This document shows, in pieces, positions 9,111 to 18,748 of a stretch of 64,000 bases of DNA. A program made the position numbers and the translations under genes. Each line of letters opens with the position of its first letter. Position 1 is the stretch's first letter. Origin of the DNA: Nitrospira sp. (GTDB taxonomy: Bacteria; Nitrospirota; Nitrospiria; Nitrospirales; Nitrospiraceae); the NCBI GenBank assembly GCA_035277085.1, contig DATELB010000123.1, positions 13,591 through 77,590 on the forward strand. Reading direction: 5' to 3'. The notes below the pieces were generated by a model, which saw only the letters and a program-made list of their open reading frames with translations, searched no databases and was not told where the DNA came from.

Positions 9111-10052
9111 CTAGGCAAACAGCGAACTGACTGATTCGTCGGCATGTATGCGCCGGATGGCCTCACCGAGCAGGGGCGCAACCGACAACTGGTGAATCTT
9201 CGGACAGGCACGCAGCTTCTCCTGCAATGGAATCGTATTGGTGGTCACGACTTGCGTCAGGCCTGACTGCTCGAGCCGTTCGAGGGCAGGTCCTGAAAGC
9301 ACGGCATGCGTGCACGCCGTCCACACTTCCCGGGCTCCCTTGTCGGTGCAGGCCTGAGCGCCCTGCACAATGGTTCCGGCCGTGTCGATCATGTCGTCCA
9401 GCAACAGCGTGCTCTTGCCCTTGATGTCTCCGATGATATTCATGATCTGCGTTTGATTCGGACCCTCTCTGCGTTTATCGATAATGGCGAGACTTGCCTG
9501 CAAGCGCTTGGCGAAGGCTCGGGCTCGTTCCACGCCGCCCGCGTCAGGCGAGACGATGACCAGGTCGCTGACCTTCTTCTTCGTGATGTAATCGAGAAGC
9601 ACCGGCAGGGCGTAGAGGTGGTCGACCGGCACGTTGAAAAAGCCCTGAATTTGTCCCGCGTGCAAGTCCATCGTCAGCACCCTGTCGGCGCCCGCCGTCG
9701 TAATGAGATCGGCCACGAGTTTCGCCGTAATGGGCACCCGGGGCTGGTCCTTCCGATCCTGCCTGGCATACCCGAAATAGGGAATGACAGCGGTGATGCG
9801 GTAGGCCGAGGAGCGCTTGAGCGCGTCGATGATGATGAGCAACTCCATCAGGGAATCGTTCACGGGACTGCATGTCGATTGCACGACATACACATCCGCC
9901 CCGCGCACGTTTTCTTCTATTTTGACGCGGATTTCCCCGTCGCTGAACGACGATACCGTCGCCTCGCCCAGCTTCACGCCGAGATAGGCGCAGATCTCAT
10001 GAGCGAGGGCAAGATTCGCATTGCCAGAGAAAATCATCAATTCTCTGCTCAT
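9111..10052 (-). CDS. prs: Ribose-phosphate pyrophosphokinase
   Basis: Start reassigned to ATG 10052 ([21 protein letters not shown]). [42 protein letters not shown]. Confidence 0.97.
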   Translation of the reverse strand: MSRELMIFSGNANLALAHEICAYLGVKLGEATVSSFSDGEIRVKIEENVRGADVYVVQSTCSPVNDSLMELLIIIDALKRSSAYRITAVIPYFGYARQDRKDQPRVPITAKLVADLITTAGADRVLTMDLHAGQIQGFFNVPVDHLYALPVLLDYITKKKVSDLVIVSPDAGGVERARAFAKRLQASLAIIDKRREGPNQTQIMNIIGDIKGKSTLLLDDMIDTAGTIVQGAQACTDKGAREVWTACTHAVLSGPALERLEQSGLTQVVTTNTIPLQEKLRACPKIHQLSVAPLLGEAIRRIHADESVSSLFA

Positions 10053-10197
10053 CGGTCCCTCATTGACTTCCTGCGCAAAAACAGGAAGTGCTGCTCGTAC
10101 GTGGTTCGTCTCGACGGCGGGCGTCGGTGGGTATACTCTCGAACCCGCCACCCTTGTATTCGCTGCGCGCTGTTGAGGAAGCCAGCTAAGGGACTGA

Positions 10198-10227
10198 ACT
10201 GTAACGGAATTCGAGGAAGGTTGTCAA
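10198..10227 (-). promoter_or_regulatory. Sigma70-type promoter for the prs-rplY-pth-ychF operon
   Basis: TTGACA (10227-10222), 18-nt spacer, TACAGT (10203-10198). Confidence 0.65.
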
Positions 10228-10253
10228 CCGAGATCCGCCTCGATCGACGACGT

Positions 10254-11174
10254 TTAGGAGACTTGTATCGGTCTTAAACACGTCGGAACGACAACGACTT
10301 GCAGTCCCTCGCTGCCCTCCAGATGCGCCCCAGCGCGGCAAGCCGCCGATTCGTCATCGAACATGCCGAAGACCGTCGCACCGCTGCCCGACAATAGGGC
10401 GATTCGAGCGCCAAGATCCAGGAGGGTGCGCCTGATGTGTCGGAGCAGAGGATGCTTCGCAAACACCGGTGCTTCGAAATCGTTCTCGGCGGCGGCTGTC
10501 AAGTCGCTCCATGTGAACCGATTCCGCCGGTCCATTGCTGCGTGCTGCTCGGACAGCGGACGCACCGCAGTTCGTACCGCCGCTAGCTGCTGATAAGCCC
10601 ACTGTGTTTCGACACCGAACGCGGGTTTGACGAGTACGATCCAGCGACTCCCTTCGACGGTGACCGGCCGCACAGTCTCCCCCCGTCCGCATACGATGGC
10701 ACTGGGCGCAAAGAGGAAGAAGGCTACGTCACTGCCCAGAGCCTGGCCGACTTCGGCCATCTTGGCCGTCGACCACCCAAGCCTCAGCAACTGATTGAGG
10801 CCCAAAATGGTCGCCGCGGCATCGCTGCTTCCGCCGCCGAGGCCGGCGCCCATCGGAATCCGCTTGCGCAAGTCTAGGTCAACTCCGACAGACAACCGGG
10901 CATGATCGAGAACAGCGGCAGCCGCCTTCGAAACGAGATTGGTCTGATCGGAGGACAATCCGTCCGTATCGCAGGTCAATCTAATTCCAGGCAAGCTTGA
11001 GCCCACCTTAATCCGGACCTCGTCTGTGAGCCCGACGGTATGCATGACGGACCAAAGATTGTGGTAACCGTCGGGACGCCGATCCAGAATGCGGAGAATC
11101 AGATTGATTTTCGCGGGAGCATGAACGGTGAGCGATGTGTCGGCGGGGAGAAAGGCTGACTGACCCTTAGTCAC
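10254..11174 (-). CDS. ispE: 4-diphosphocytidyl-2-C-methyl-D-erythritol kinase
   Basis: APAKINL, RRPDGYH, KRIPMGAGLGGGSSDAAA, LGSDV, LSGSGATVF. Confidence 0.97.
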   Translation of the reverse strand: MTKGQSAFLPADTSLTVHAPAKINLILRILDRRPDGYHNLWSVMHTVGLTDEVRIKVGSSLPGIRLTCDTDGLSSDQTNLVSKAAAAVLDHARLSVGVDLDLRKRIPMGAGLGGGSSDAAATILGLNQLLRLGWSTAKMAEVGQALGSDVAFFLFAPSAIVCGRGETVRPVTVEGSRWIVLVKPAFGVETQWAYQQLAAVRTAVRPLSEQHAAMDRRNRFTWSDLTAAAENDFEAPVFAKHPLLRHIRRTLLDLGARIALLSGSGATVFGMFDDESAACRAGAHLEGSEGLQVVVVPTCLRPIQVS

Positions 11175-12552
11175 GGCCTCCTTTTATAGCATACTTCTCC
11201 AAGCGATACCGGAACGACCGCGTGTTGAGTCTCAGCAGCCTGGCCGCTTTCTTCTTCACCCACTTCGAGCGTTCCAGGGCCCTCATGAGGAGGTCTTTCT
11301 CGATCCCATTGATGAGGCCTTCGAGGTCCAGTCCTTCTTCCGGAAGGTCCGCGGGTACGCCTTGAGACTGCTGGGGCGCGACCGCATGATGCAACCAGCC
11401 GCGGATATCCGCGTCACCGACCGCGGCCCCCGTCGAAAACGCGACGACCCGCTCGATCAAATTCTCGAGCTCCCGTACATTTCCCCGCCATTCGTGTCCG
11501 AGGAGCACATGCATTGCCTCCGTGGTGAGCGTAGGGGCCGGCCTTCCGCTCTCCTGCGAAAATTTTTCCAAGAAATGCGTGACGAGCAAGGGGATATCGC
11601 CTGCGCGCAGCCGGAGCGGAGGAAGGCGGATGGGAATGACGTCGAGGCGATAGTAGAGGTCTTCTCTAAACGATCCGTCGGCGACGGCTTTCTCGAGGTC
11701 GCGGTTCGTGGCAGCGATGACCCGCACATCGACCTTCATGTCTTGGTTGCCGCCGACGCGACGGAATTCCCGCTCCTGAATGACCCGCAAGAGCTTGACT
11801 TGGATCGCCGGGGTCGTGTCGCCAATTTCGTCCAGGAAAATTGTTCCGCCGTTGGCGATCTCGAACAAGCCAGCCTTGTTGGCCACCGCGCCCGTAAACG
11901 AGCCCTTCATGTGGCCGAACAGTTCGCTCTCCAGCAAGGTTTCAGGCACGGCGCTGCAATTAACCGCGACGAAGGGCATGCCGCTTCGGACGCTGTTATA
12001 GTGGATGGCGCGGGCGACCAATTCCTTGCCCGTGCCGCTTTCCCCGCAGATCAGCACGTTGCTTTTTGAGTCGGCCACCTTGCGGACGACGTCGAAGACT
12101 TTTTGCATCGCTTCACTTTGTCCGACGATCTGCGCAAAGGAAGACTGGCTCGCGATTTCGCGCTTGAGCAGCATGTTCTCCGTCGAGAGCCGTCGCTTCT
12201 CGAGGGCGTTCCGGATGATGAGTTGCACCTCATCCACCTGAAAGGGCTTCGTGAGATAGTCGTACGCGCCTTGCTTCATGGCTTCGACGGCGGAATCGGC
12301 TGTGCCAAACGCCGTCACGACCAGGACCACCGTATCAGGGGACGAAGATTTCACGGCCTTAAGCACATCCATTCCGTCGGCTTTCGGCATGCGAAGATCT
12401 GTAATGACGAGGTCATAGATCTCTTTGTTGACCTGGCCGATGGCTTGCTCGCCGTCGGACGCCTCCGTCACCTCATAGCCGGCGCGCTTGAGCATGATGC
12501 TCATCACTTCGCGGAGGCTTTTTTCGTCATCGACGACTAAGATCTTTTCCAC
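11167..12552 (-). CDS. pilR: Sigma54-dependent response regulator, PilR-type (REC-AAA+-HTH)
   Basis: REC domain, GESGTGKE, ELFGHMKGSFTGA, FREDLYYRL, Fis-type HTH. Downstream of pilC and a pilS-like kinase. Confidence 0.8.
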   Translation of the reverse strand: MEKILVVDDEKSLREVMSIMLKRAGYEVTEASDGEQAIGQVNKEIYDLVITDLRMPKADGMDVLKAVKSSSPDTVVLVVTAFGTADSAVEAMKQGAYDYLTKPFQVDEVQLIIRNALEKRRLSTENMLLKREIASQSSFAQIVGQSEAMQKVFDVVRKVADSKSNVLICGESGTGKELVARAIHYNSVRSGMPFVAVNCSAVPETLLESELFGHMKGSFTGAVANKAGLFEIANGGTIFLDEIGDTTPAIQVKLLRVIQEREFRRVGGNQDMKVDVRVIAATNRDLEKAVADGSFREDLYYRLDVIPIRLPPLRLRAGDIPLLVTHFLEKFSQESGRPAPTLTTEAMHVLLGHEWRGNVRELENLIERVVAFSTGAAVGDADIRGWLHHAVAPQQSQGVPADLPEEGLDLEGLINGIEKDLLMRALERSKWVKKKAARLLRLNTRSFRYRLEKYAIKGGRD

Positions 12553-14228
12553 GGCGTTCGTCCTTCATGCCACAGCCGCACACCATCATCTCCGGAACGA
12601 GGGAGGCACACCACGAACCGGGCTCCGTGCGGTGGATGATTTTCCACTTTGATCCAACCTCCGTGCAGATCGACGATGCGATGGACGGCGGCGAGCCCTA
12701 ACCCAGAGCCCTGCTTCTTGGTCGTAAAAAACGGCAGAAAGATTTTGTCGAGATTTTCGGCAGCGATGCCTTCACCGGTATCGTGGAACGCGATTTCCAC
12801 CACGTCGCCTTTCCGCCCGGCGGCATCGATGTGGCGGCATCCCGTCGTGATGGTCAATTGCCCGCCGTCCGGCATGGCATCGAAAGCATTGGTCGCGAGG
12901 TTCCAGAACACTTGCCGCATCTGATTTTCGTCGACCTGAGCGAAGAGGGAACCGCCGGCCAATGACGTTGCGATGGCCACCTGTTTTCTGTTCCGCGCTT
13001 CATGTTGTACCAGATCCAGTGTCTCGGCAAGAATTTTGTTTATATTGTGCTCCGCCAGGTTGAGCGCCGGAGGTCTCGCATACTGAAGAAATTCGGTGAT
13101 GATCGCGTCAAGTCTTGTCGCTTCGCGGACCGCGATGTCCATCAGCCGTCGGTCCGTGGCATCGGCAGCCGCGTCCTTGCGCAACATTTGCATGGCGCCG
13201 GCCAAGGCTCCCAGCGGGTTCCGAATTTCGTGCGCCATTCCGGCCGACATCTCTCCCAAATTGGCCAGCCACTCCTTGCGTCGCATTTCTTCTTCGAGAT
13301 CCCTGATTTGGGTCAAATCCTTGAAGACTCCCACCAATCCATGGGGCTCTTCCCGCTCGTGCAGCGGCGACACGGTCATGCCGAGCACGAGCCGATTGCC
13401 ACTGGCGCTTTTGCATTCGACCTCGAAGCGCGTCATGGCGGACAGCCCTGGCAGAGGAGCGTCATCCGAACACCGGCCCGGATGCCAGTTGAAGATTTCG
13501 CGCCAGGACCGTCCCAGTACCTGCATCACCGAATAACCCGTCACTTCCTGCGCGGCGGGGTTGAACGAGGTGATGGCTCCCGCCGCATCGGCGGTGAAGA
13601 CTCCGCTGCTGATGCTTCTCACGATGTTTTCGTGGAAGGCTTGGAGCCTGGTGAGTCCTTGCTCTTTCTCACGCAGCGATTGATCGGCCTGATGGAGCTG
13701 GTCCGCCAGCGTCCCGCTCAATAAGCCGACAACGAGCAGAGCCAACGCATAGACGCCGAACGTTTGAAGTGTCGCAGCAGCGTTAACCCTGGGGAGCTGA
13801 GCCGCCCAGCCGGGAGCAAGCCCGTAGAGCTGCGCGTTGGTGACGATGCCAAAGATGATGACGCACGTACAGGCGGCGTAGAGTCCCACTCGGCGCTGCG
13901 GTATAAGGCTGGCCACCGTTACGGTGATGACGTAGAGCACTGCAAAGGGGCTTTCCACTCCGCCGGTGCGCGCAACCAGCACCGTTTCAAGCAGAAAATC
14001 AATGCCGACCTGCGTCCAAAAAAAGGTCGAGAGAGCCGGCGGCGATTTGAGAATGGGCAGAAGAAGCGCGGAAGGAATCGTCAGGGCGTAGGTCAGCACG
14101 ATGAGCGCGTAGAAGGTCTCGAGACGCGCACCGGTCGCTTCAAAAACGAGCGACATCGCGAGCATCAGGGTGACGAACGTCACCCGCAGCCCCATTAGCC
14201 AATGAAGCCTAGCCCGCAGCGCATCCAT
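12537..14228 (-). CDS. pilS: Sensor histidine kinase, PilS-type (multi-TM, PAS, HisKA, HATPase)
   Basis: About six TM helices with GGVESPF, a PAS-like segment, AHEIRNPL, N box, DTGEG, PFFTTK, GSGLGL. Confidence 0.8.
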   Translation of the reverse strand: MDALRARLHWLMGLRVTFVTLMLAMSLVFEATGARLETFYALIVLTYALTIPSALLLPILKSPPALSTFFWTQVGIDFLLETVLVARTGGVESPFAVLYVITVTVASLIPQRRVGLYAACTCVIIFGIVTNAQLYGLAPGWAAQLPRVNAAATLQTFGVYALALLVVGLLSGTLADQLHQADQSLREKEQGLTRLQAFHENIVRSISSGVFTADAAGAITSFNPAAQEVTGYSVMQVLGRSWREIFNWHPGRCSDDAPLPGLSAMTRFEVECKSASGNRLVLGMTVSPLHEREEPHGLVGVFKDLTQIRDLEEEMRRKEWLANLGEMSAGMAHEIRNPLGALAGAMQMLRKDAAADATDRRLMDIAVREATRLDAIITEFLQYARPPALNLAEHNINKILAETLDLVQHEARNRKQVAIATSLAGGSLFAQVDENQMRQVFWNLATNAFDAMPDGGQLTITTGCRHIDAAGRKGDVVEIAFHDTGEGIAAENLDKIFLPFFTTKKQGSGLGLAAVHRIVDLHGGWIKVENHPPHGARFVVCLPRSGDDGVRLWHEGRTPWKRS

Positions 14229-14302
14229 GAGTTGTCACGGTAAAGAGGTGCCCGCCCGCACGGAGCAGGCGATGAAGGACATCTTGCGGCGACCGTAAAA
14301 AT

Positions 14303-15517
14303 TTACCCAATCGCGGACGCCATCTTGAAAATAGGCAGATACATGGCGATCACAATGAAGCCGATCACGACGCCCAAAAACACCATCATCATAGGTTCGA
14401 GCAACGACGTCAGTGAGGCGACTGCCTGGTCAACCTCATCTTCGTAGAAATCTGCGATCTTCGAGAGCATGGCGTCAAGGGCGCCGGTCGATTCACCGAC
14501 GGCAATCATGTGGGTGACCATCTTTGGAAAGACCTGGCTGGCGGTCAGGGGATCGGCGATGGTCTTACCGCCGCTGATGCTCACGCGGGCGTTCAGCAAC
14601 GCCTCTTCGATGACTTTGTTGCCGGAGGTTTTCGCACAAATGGACAACCCGTCCAGAAGCGGGACTCCGCTCGACAGGAGCGTGCCCAGCGTCCTCGTGA
14701 ACTTCGCGACGGACGCCTTGCGAATGAGATCGCCGAAGATAGGCGTCTTCAGCAGGAACTTGTCGATCGCCATCCTTCCCTTCGGCGTAGCGTAGTATTT
14801 TTTTACCGACACGACCGCACCGACCATGATGCCTACGCCGATATACCAATAAGATTGAAAGGCGTTGCTGATATCGATCACGATCTGCGTCGGGCCCGGC
14901 AAGCCGACCTTGCCATTGGAGAGTTCCTCAAACATCTTCGCGAAAATGGGGATGACGAAGATCATGAGCACGGTGATCACAATCCCGGCGACGCCAAGAA
15001 TTGCCGATGGATAGATCATGGCTGATTTGATCTGGCCCTTGAGCTTCATCGCCTTTTCGATGTGTTTGGCCAGGCGGGTCAAAATGGTGTCAAGGAGACC
15101 ACCCACTTCGCCGGCGTGCACCATATTTACGTAGAGGTCGTCGAACACTTTAGAGTGCTTCCGCAACGCGTCTGAAAACGTGGAACCTGCTTCCACCTGC
15201 CCTCGCACATCGCCAACCGTCTCACGCAGCACTTTGTTTTCGGATTGCGTCGACAGAATTTCCAGACACTGCACCAGCGGGAGCCCGGCGTTGATCATCG
15301 TGCCAAATTGTCTCGTAAAAACGACGAGGTCCTTGTCGGTCAGTCCGGAGCCAAAGCTGATCTTGATTCCGCCTAGACCGGTTTTCTCCTCGAGGCTCGT
15401 GACAACGACGCTTTGCTTACGAAGCTGGTCGACCGCCTCGTCCTTGCTTTTGGCGGTAAGTTCGCCTTTTTTTACCGCTCCGGATCGTGTCCGCCCGACA
15501 TACGCAAAGGTCGCCAT
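14303..15517 (-). CDS. pilC: Type IV pilus inner-membrane platform protein (T2SS F family)
   Basis: FTRQFGTMINAGLPL, GEVGGLLD, KSAMIYP, GESTGALDAML, SLLEP, AMYLPIF. Confidence 0.93.
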   Translation of the reverse strand: MATFAYVGRTRSGAVKKGELTAKSKDEAVDQLRKQSVVVTSLEEKTGLGGIKISFGSGLTDKDLVVFTRQFGTMINAGLPLVQCLEILSTQSENKVLRETVGDVRGQVEAGSTFSDALRKHSKVFDDLYVNMVHAGEVGGLLDTILTRLAKHIEKAMKLKGQIKSAMIYPSAILGVAGIVITVLMIFVIPIFAKMFEELSNGKVGLPGPTQIVIDISNAFQSYWYIGVGIMVGAVVSVKKYYATPKGRMAIDKFLLKTPIFGDLIRKASVAKFTRTLGTLLSSGVPLLDGLSICAKTSGNKVIEEALLNARVSISGGKTIADPLTASQVFPKMVTHMIAVGESTGALDAMLSKIADFYEDEVDQAVASLTSLLEPMMMVFLGVVIGFIVIAMYLPIFKMASAIG

Positions 15518-15670
15518 AGGTCACTCTTACCCCAAGAAGGTCGTCACCGATCTGGTTTCAACGGAGAAATACCTACTGGGGGAGTCTACTGGCAGCCTCA
15601 AAACCTGTCCAATAAATTCAGGATCTATGCGGTGACATCAAGGCAGTGAAAGGAGCGAACGATTGACGGC

Positions 15671-16207
15671 TCAGGATGGAGCGGCACCCGCGGATCGATA
15701 CCCTCGATACAGGTAATGACACCCCGAGCAAACGGTAAATCCGACCATGCCGATCAACAGCGGATTGAGCAGGGTGGGATCCATCTGGCGGGAGCTCAAA
15801 AAAATCACCAACAGGACGTAGGACAGCTGGAGAAAGGTCGCCCCTTTTCCGAGAAACGTCGGCGCAATGTCGATGTTCGACTCCGTGAACTGTGCCACAG
15901 CGGTTCCGAGCAGAAGCATGGCATCGCGGCTGACGACAACGATGGTCACCCAGGAGGGAATCAGATGAATCACCGACAAGGTCACGAATCCGGACGTCAG
16001 CAAAAGTTTATCGGCCAAGGGGTCGAGGAAGGCGCCGAGGCGCGTGCGTTGATTGGCGGCTCGTGCAATGGTTCCGTCCAGTGCATCGGTAATTCCCGCC
16101 AACAGTAAGACTCCCATCGCCCCATCGAACCGCTCATATACCAATAACCCCACATAAAGCGGGATCAGCAGAATGCGAAGGATGGTCAAACTGTTGGGGA
16201 TATTCAT
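15671..16207 (-). CDS. CDP-alcohol phosphatidyltransferase (PgsA-like)
   Basis: NIPNSLTILR; DALDGTIAR...G...DPLADK signature. Confidence 0.85.
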   Translation of the reverse strand: MNIPNSLTILRILLIPLYVGLLVYERFDGAMGVLLLAGITDALDGTIARAANQRTRLGAFLDPLADKLLLTSGFVTLSVIHLIPSWVTIVVVSRDAMLLLGTAVAQFTESNIDIAPTFLGKGATFLQLSYVLLVIFLSSRQMDPTLLNPLLIGMVGFTVCSGCHYLYRGYRSAGAAPS

Positions 16208-16333
16208 GCCGTCTTAGCACATGCGGCAGCGACGCGGACGGAATGATAGGTGCGCCCTGCAGTGAAGTCAACGGCTTGCAGTCAGCGCCTGATCTCCCTA
16301 TACTGCGGCCTCCGCACGGGAGAGGGAGGGGCT

Positions 16334-16651
16334 ATGAATGCGCTGGCGTCATTGTTCAAACGAGACGGACTCATTGAGAAGCATCAGGTAGAGGGGGTCG
16401 ACCCGAGCGATCGCTACTTCAATCGAGCCGTATTGGTCAATCGAACCTCTTCGGGATACGCCGGAAAAGTCATGTACGAAGCCTTGACGGTCGAAGGCCA
16501 ATCACACCCTACCATTGCGGCTGCCGTGACAGAACTCGTTCAACGACTGCAGGCCCTCGGATTCACCCGCTTGAGAACGCGAGCCAACTTCAAGGGCGCC
16601 AAATACCTCGCGGAAAAAGAAACCTGGATAGAATATCCCGATCCCGCCTGA
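16334..16651 (+). CDS. Hypothetical protein, 105 aa
   Basis: SD GGAGG before ATG 16334; fills the gap between neighbouring genes; no recognisable motif. Confidence 0.6.
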   Translation: MNALASLFKRDGLIEKHQVEGVDPSDRYFNRAVLVNRTSSGYAGKVMYEALTVEGQSHPTIAAAVTELVQRLQALGFTRLRTRANFKGAKYLAEKETWIEYPDPA

Positions 16652-16652
16652 G

Positions 16653-17777
16653 CTACGGAAGCGCGAATTCACGATACACGAGATCATGGATCATCGGCCG
16701 GAACGCGCGAATCGCGTCATTTTTGCGGCTCGGGTGCACACGGTTGGTGAGCAAGACCACCTCCAGGCTCCGCTGGGGATCGATCCACAATGACGTGCCG
16801 GTAAAACCAAGATGGCCGAAAGATTCGGCGGAGAAGTACGTACCTGACGAGGAAGGCGTGCTCGGCGTATCCCATCCAAGAGCCCAGCTGGATCCTGACG
16901 GACGCGGTTGCCTCTTCGTGAACTCACGCACCAGATGACGATCGAGGGTTGAAGGGGTTCCTTGAAGGCCTTTCAGCCATGCGCCGGACACTGCCAGCAC
17001 GCCCTGCGCGGTTCCGAACAGACCCGCATGGCCCGCCACGCCGCCCATTGCCGCGGCATTTTCGTCGTGCACCTCTCCTTTCAAGAGACGTTTCCGCCAG
17101 TCATCCCATTCGGTCGCCGCAATCGACCCGCCAAACCTTGTGGATGGCGGCCGTGAAGCCTTCGCGGTACGATTGAAATACAGCGATTGCCCACCAAGCG
17201 GCTGCACCACGGCCATGTCGAAGTACTCGTCGAGCAAGAGGCCGCTCGCGCGCTCCACGGCCATACCCAGCAGGATGAACCCCAAATCGCTGTACAGATG
17301 TTGCTGCCCGAGCTCATAGGCCAGCGGCTCCGCGGAAACGAGCCGCAATACGGTTTGACGTACAACTTCTGGGTCCGCGCTTCCCCAAGCGACTCCCTCG
17401 GCATGCAGGCGTTCGTATAGAGGGCGCCAGCCGGGCAATCCCGAACGATGACACAACAGATCGCGCAGCGTCGCAGCGCCAATCGGAGACTCCTTCAATT
17501 CAGTGAGGATACCGCCGACGGCGGCGTCGAGTTCAAGTTTTCCTGCTTGCACGAGCAAGAGAACAGAGGTGACCGTTGCCAGCGGTTTTGTCAGTGACGC
17601 CAAGTCATAGATGGTTGAACTCCGAACGGCTTCGGCCCCCGGCTCCGCCGACAGGCGCCCTGCGGTGACGAGCAGCTGTAGTTGGCCGTGCACCCGAGCC
17701 ACCAACACTCCGCCGGGGAACACTCCGTCGAGCACCGCTTGATCCAACGCAACTTGAATGGCGCCCGTGTTCTTCAT
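16653..17777 (-). CDS. Serine hydrolase, beta-lactamase class C / esterase family
   Basis: SLTK (SxxK), YSDLGF, GEVHDENA, GHAGLF, FGHLGFTGT. Confidence 0.9.
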   Translation of the reverse strand: MKNTGAIQVALDQAVLDGVFPGGVLVARVHGQLQLLVTAGRLSAEPGAEAVRSSTIYDLASLTKPLATVTSVLLLVQAGKLELDAAVGGILTELKESPIGAATLRDLLCHRSGLPGWRPLYERLHAEGVAWGSADPEVVRQTVLRLVSAEPLAYELGQQHLYSDLGFILLGMAVERASGLLLDEYFDMAVVQPLGGQSLYFNRTAKASRPPSTRFGGSIAATEWDDWRKRLLKGEVHDENAAAMGGVAGHAGLFGTAQGVLAVSGAWLKGLQGTPSTLDRHLVREFTKRQPRPSGSSWALGWDTPSTPSSSGTYFSAESFGHLGFTGTSLWIDPQRSLEVVLLTNRVHPSRKNDAIRAFRPMIHDLVYREFALP

Positions 17778-17916
17778 CGGTGATTAGACATCGTGCCGTG
17801 AGACCGAAGGGCTGTAAAAGGCGGAAAGAGCCATGAGGACTGGCAGATAGGCCGGACGTCGGAGGGAGGGATAACGGGGTGGACACTGGATACTCAAGGC
17901 GCCCTTTGAGAGGCTT

Positions 17917-18429
17917 CTAAATTGCGGGGCTCGACTCTCCCTCCAGCTTGTGCTCGGCATGTGTCGCCCCATCGTGGAAGGCCTCTTGTTCCTCGACTTC
18001 CAGCATGCGCTCGAAGGTACGCAACGTCGCCCGCAACCGTTCGACCATCAGCAGCCGCTGCTTCTGGAGCGCCGAAAGATCCCGCTGCGTATTGGACAGC
18101 TCCACCCGGGCCTGACGGATCATTTCACCCGCCTTCAATTCGGCTTCCTTGATTACGAGCTCAGATTCACGCTGCGCGCTGCGCTTCACGTCCTCCGCCA
18201 GTGACTGGGCCGAGACAAGCGTATTGGAGAGCGTCATCTCCGTGCGCTTGAGTTCGGTCAGTTGCTGTTCGAGAAACACGATCTTCTCCCGCTGGACAGC
18301 ACCGTCCCGGTTGAGCTCTTCGACGGTTTCGGCGATCTCCTCAAGGAAGCGGTTGACCTCTTCCTTGTCGTAACCACGGAAGCTCGTCTTGAACACCATT
18401 TGTTGGATGTCGAGCGGTGTCATTTTCAT
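17917..18429 (-). CDS. divIVA: DivIVA domain protein
   Basis: MTPLDIQQMVFKTSFRGYDKEEVNRFLE followed by a coiled coil. Confidence 0.88.
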   Translation of the reverse strand: MKMTPLDIQQMVFKTSFRGYDKEEVNRFLEEIAETVEELNRDGAVQREKIVFLEQQLTELKRTEMTLSNTLVSAQSLAEDVKRSAQRESELVIKEAELKAGEMIRQARVELSNTQRDLSALQKQRLLMVERLRATLRTFERMLEVEEQEAFHDGATHAEHKLEGESSPAI

Positions 18430-18451
18430 GGCTGTCCTCCTCTAAGCGATC

Positions 18452-18748
18452 TCAACCGATGACAGTCCCCATCTGAAAAAGAGACGGCACAATGAATTTT
18501 TGCAAAAACATAATTATGAGGATAAGAATGATCGGCGACACATCCACGCCCAGCTTCCAACCGATCATCCTTCGAAGCGGAGCCAACGCAGGCTCGGTCA
18601 CTTTTTCGAGGAACTGCACAATCGGGTTCCAGGGGTCAGGATTAACCCATGAAATGAGTGCACGGGCAATTACTACATACATATAGAGTTCCAGGGCATA
18701 GTAGACCACGGAGCCTAGTGCAGTAAAAAAATTGTTCACAACAAACAT
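18452..18748 (-). CDS. yggT: YggT family membrane protein
   Basis: ALISWVNPDPWNPIVQFLEKVTEP, DVSPII. Confidence 0.92.
   Translation of the reverse strand: MFVVNNFFTALGSVVYYALELYMYVVIARALISWVNPDPWNPIVQFLEKVTEPALAPLRRMIGWKLGVDVSPIILILIIMFLQKFIVPSLFQMGTVIG

Noticed and set aside
10053-10253. tRNA-Gln expected between ispE and prs
   Set aside because: No acceptor stem, D arm or anticodon arm can be built; only a GGGTTCGAG T-loop-like word is present. Reported as a structured leader instead.
9306-10277. 323-aa plus-strand ORF, and similar long ones such as 28950..30206(-), 36379..37443(+) and 19316..20245(+)
   Set aside because: Antisense or alternate-frame shadows of well-supported genes, expected at high GC; no recognisable motifs.
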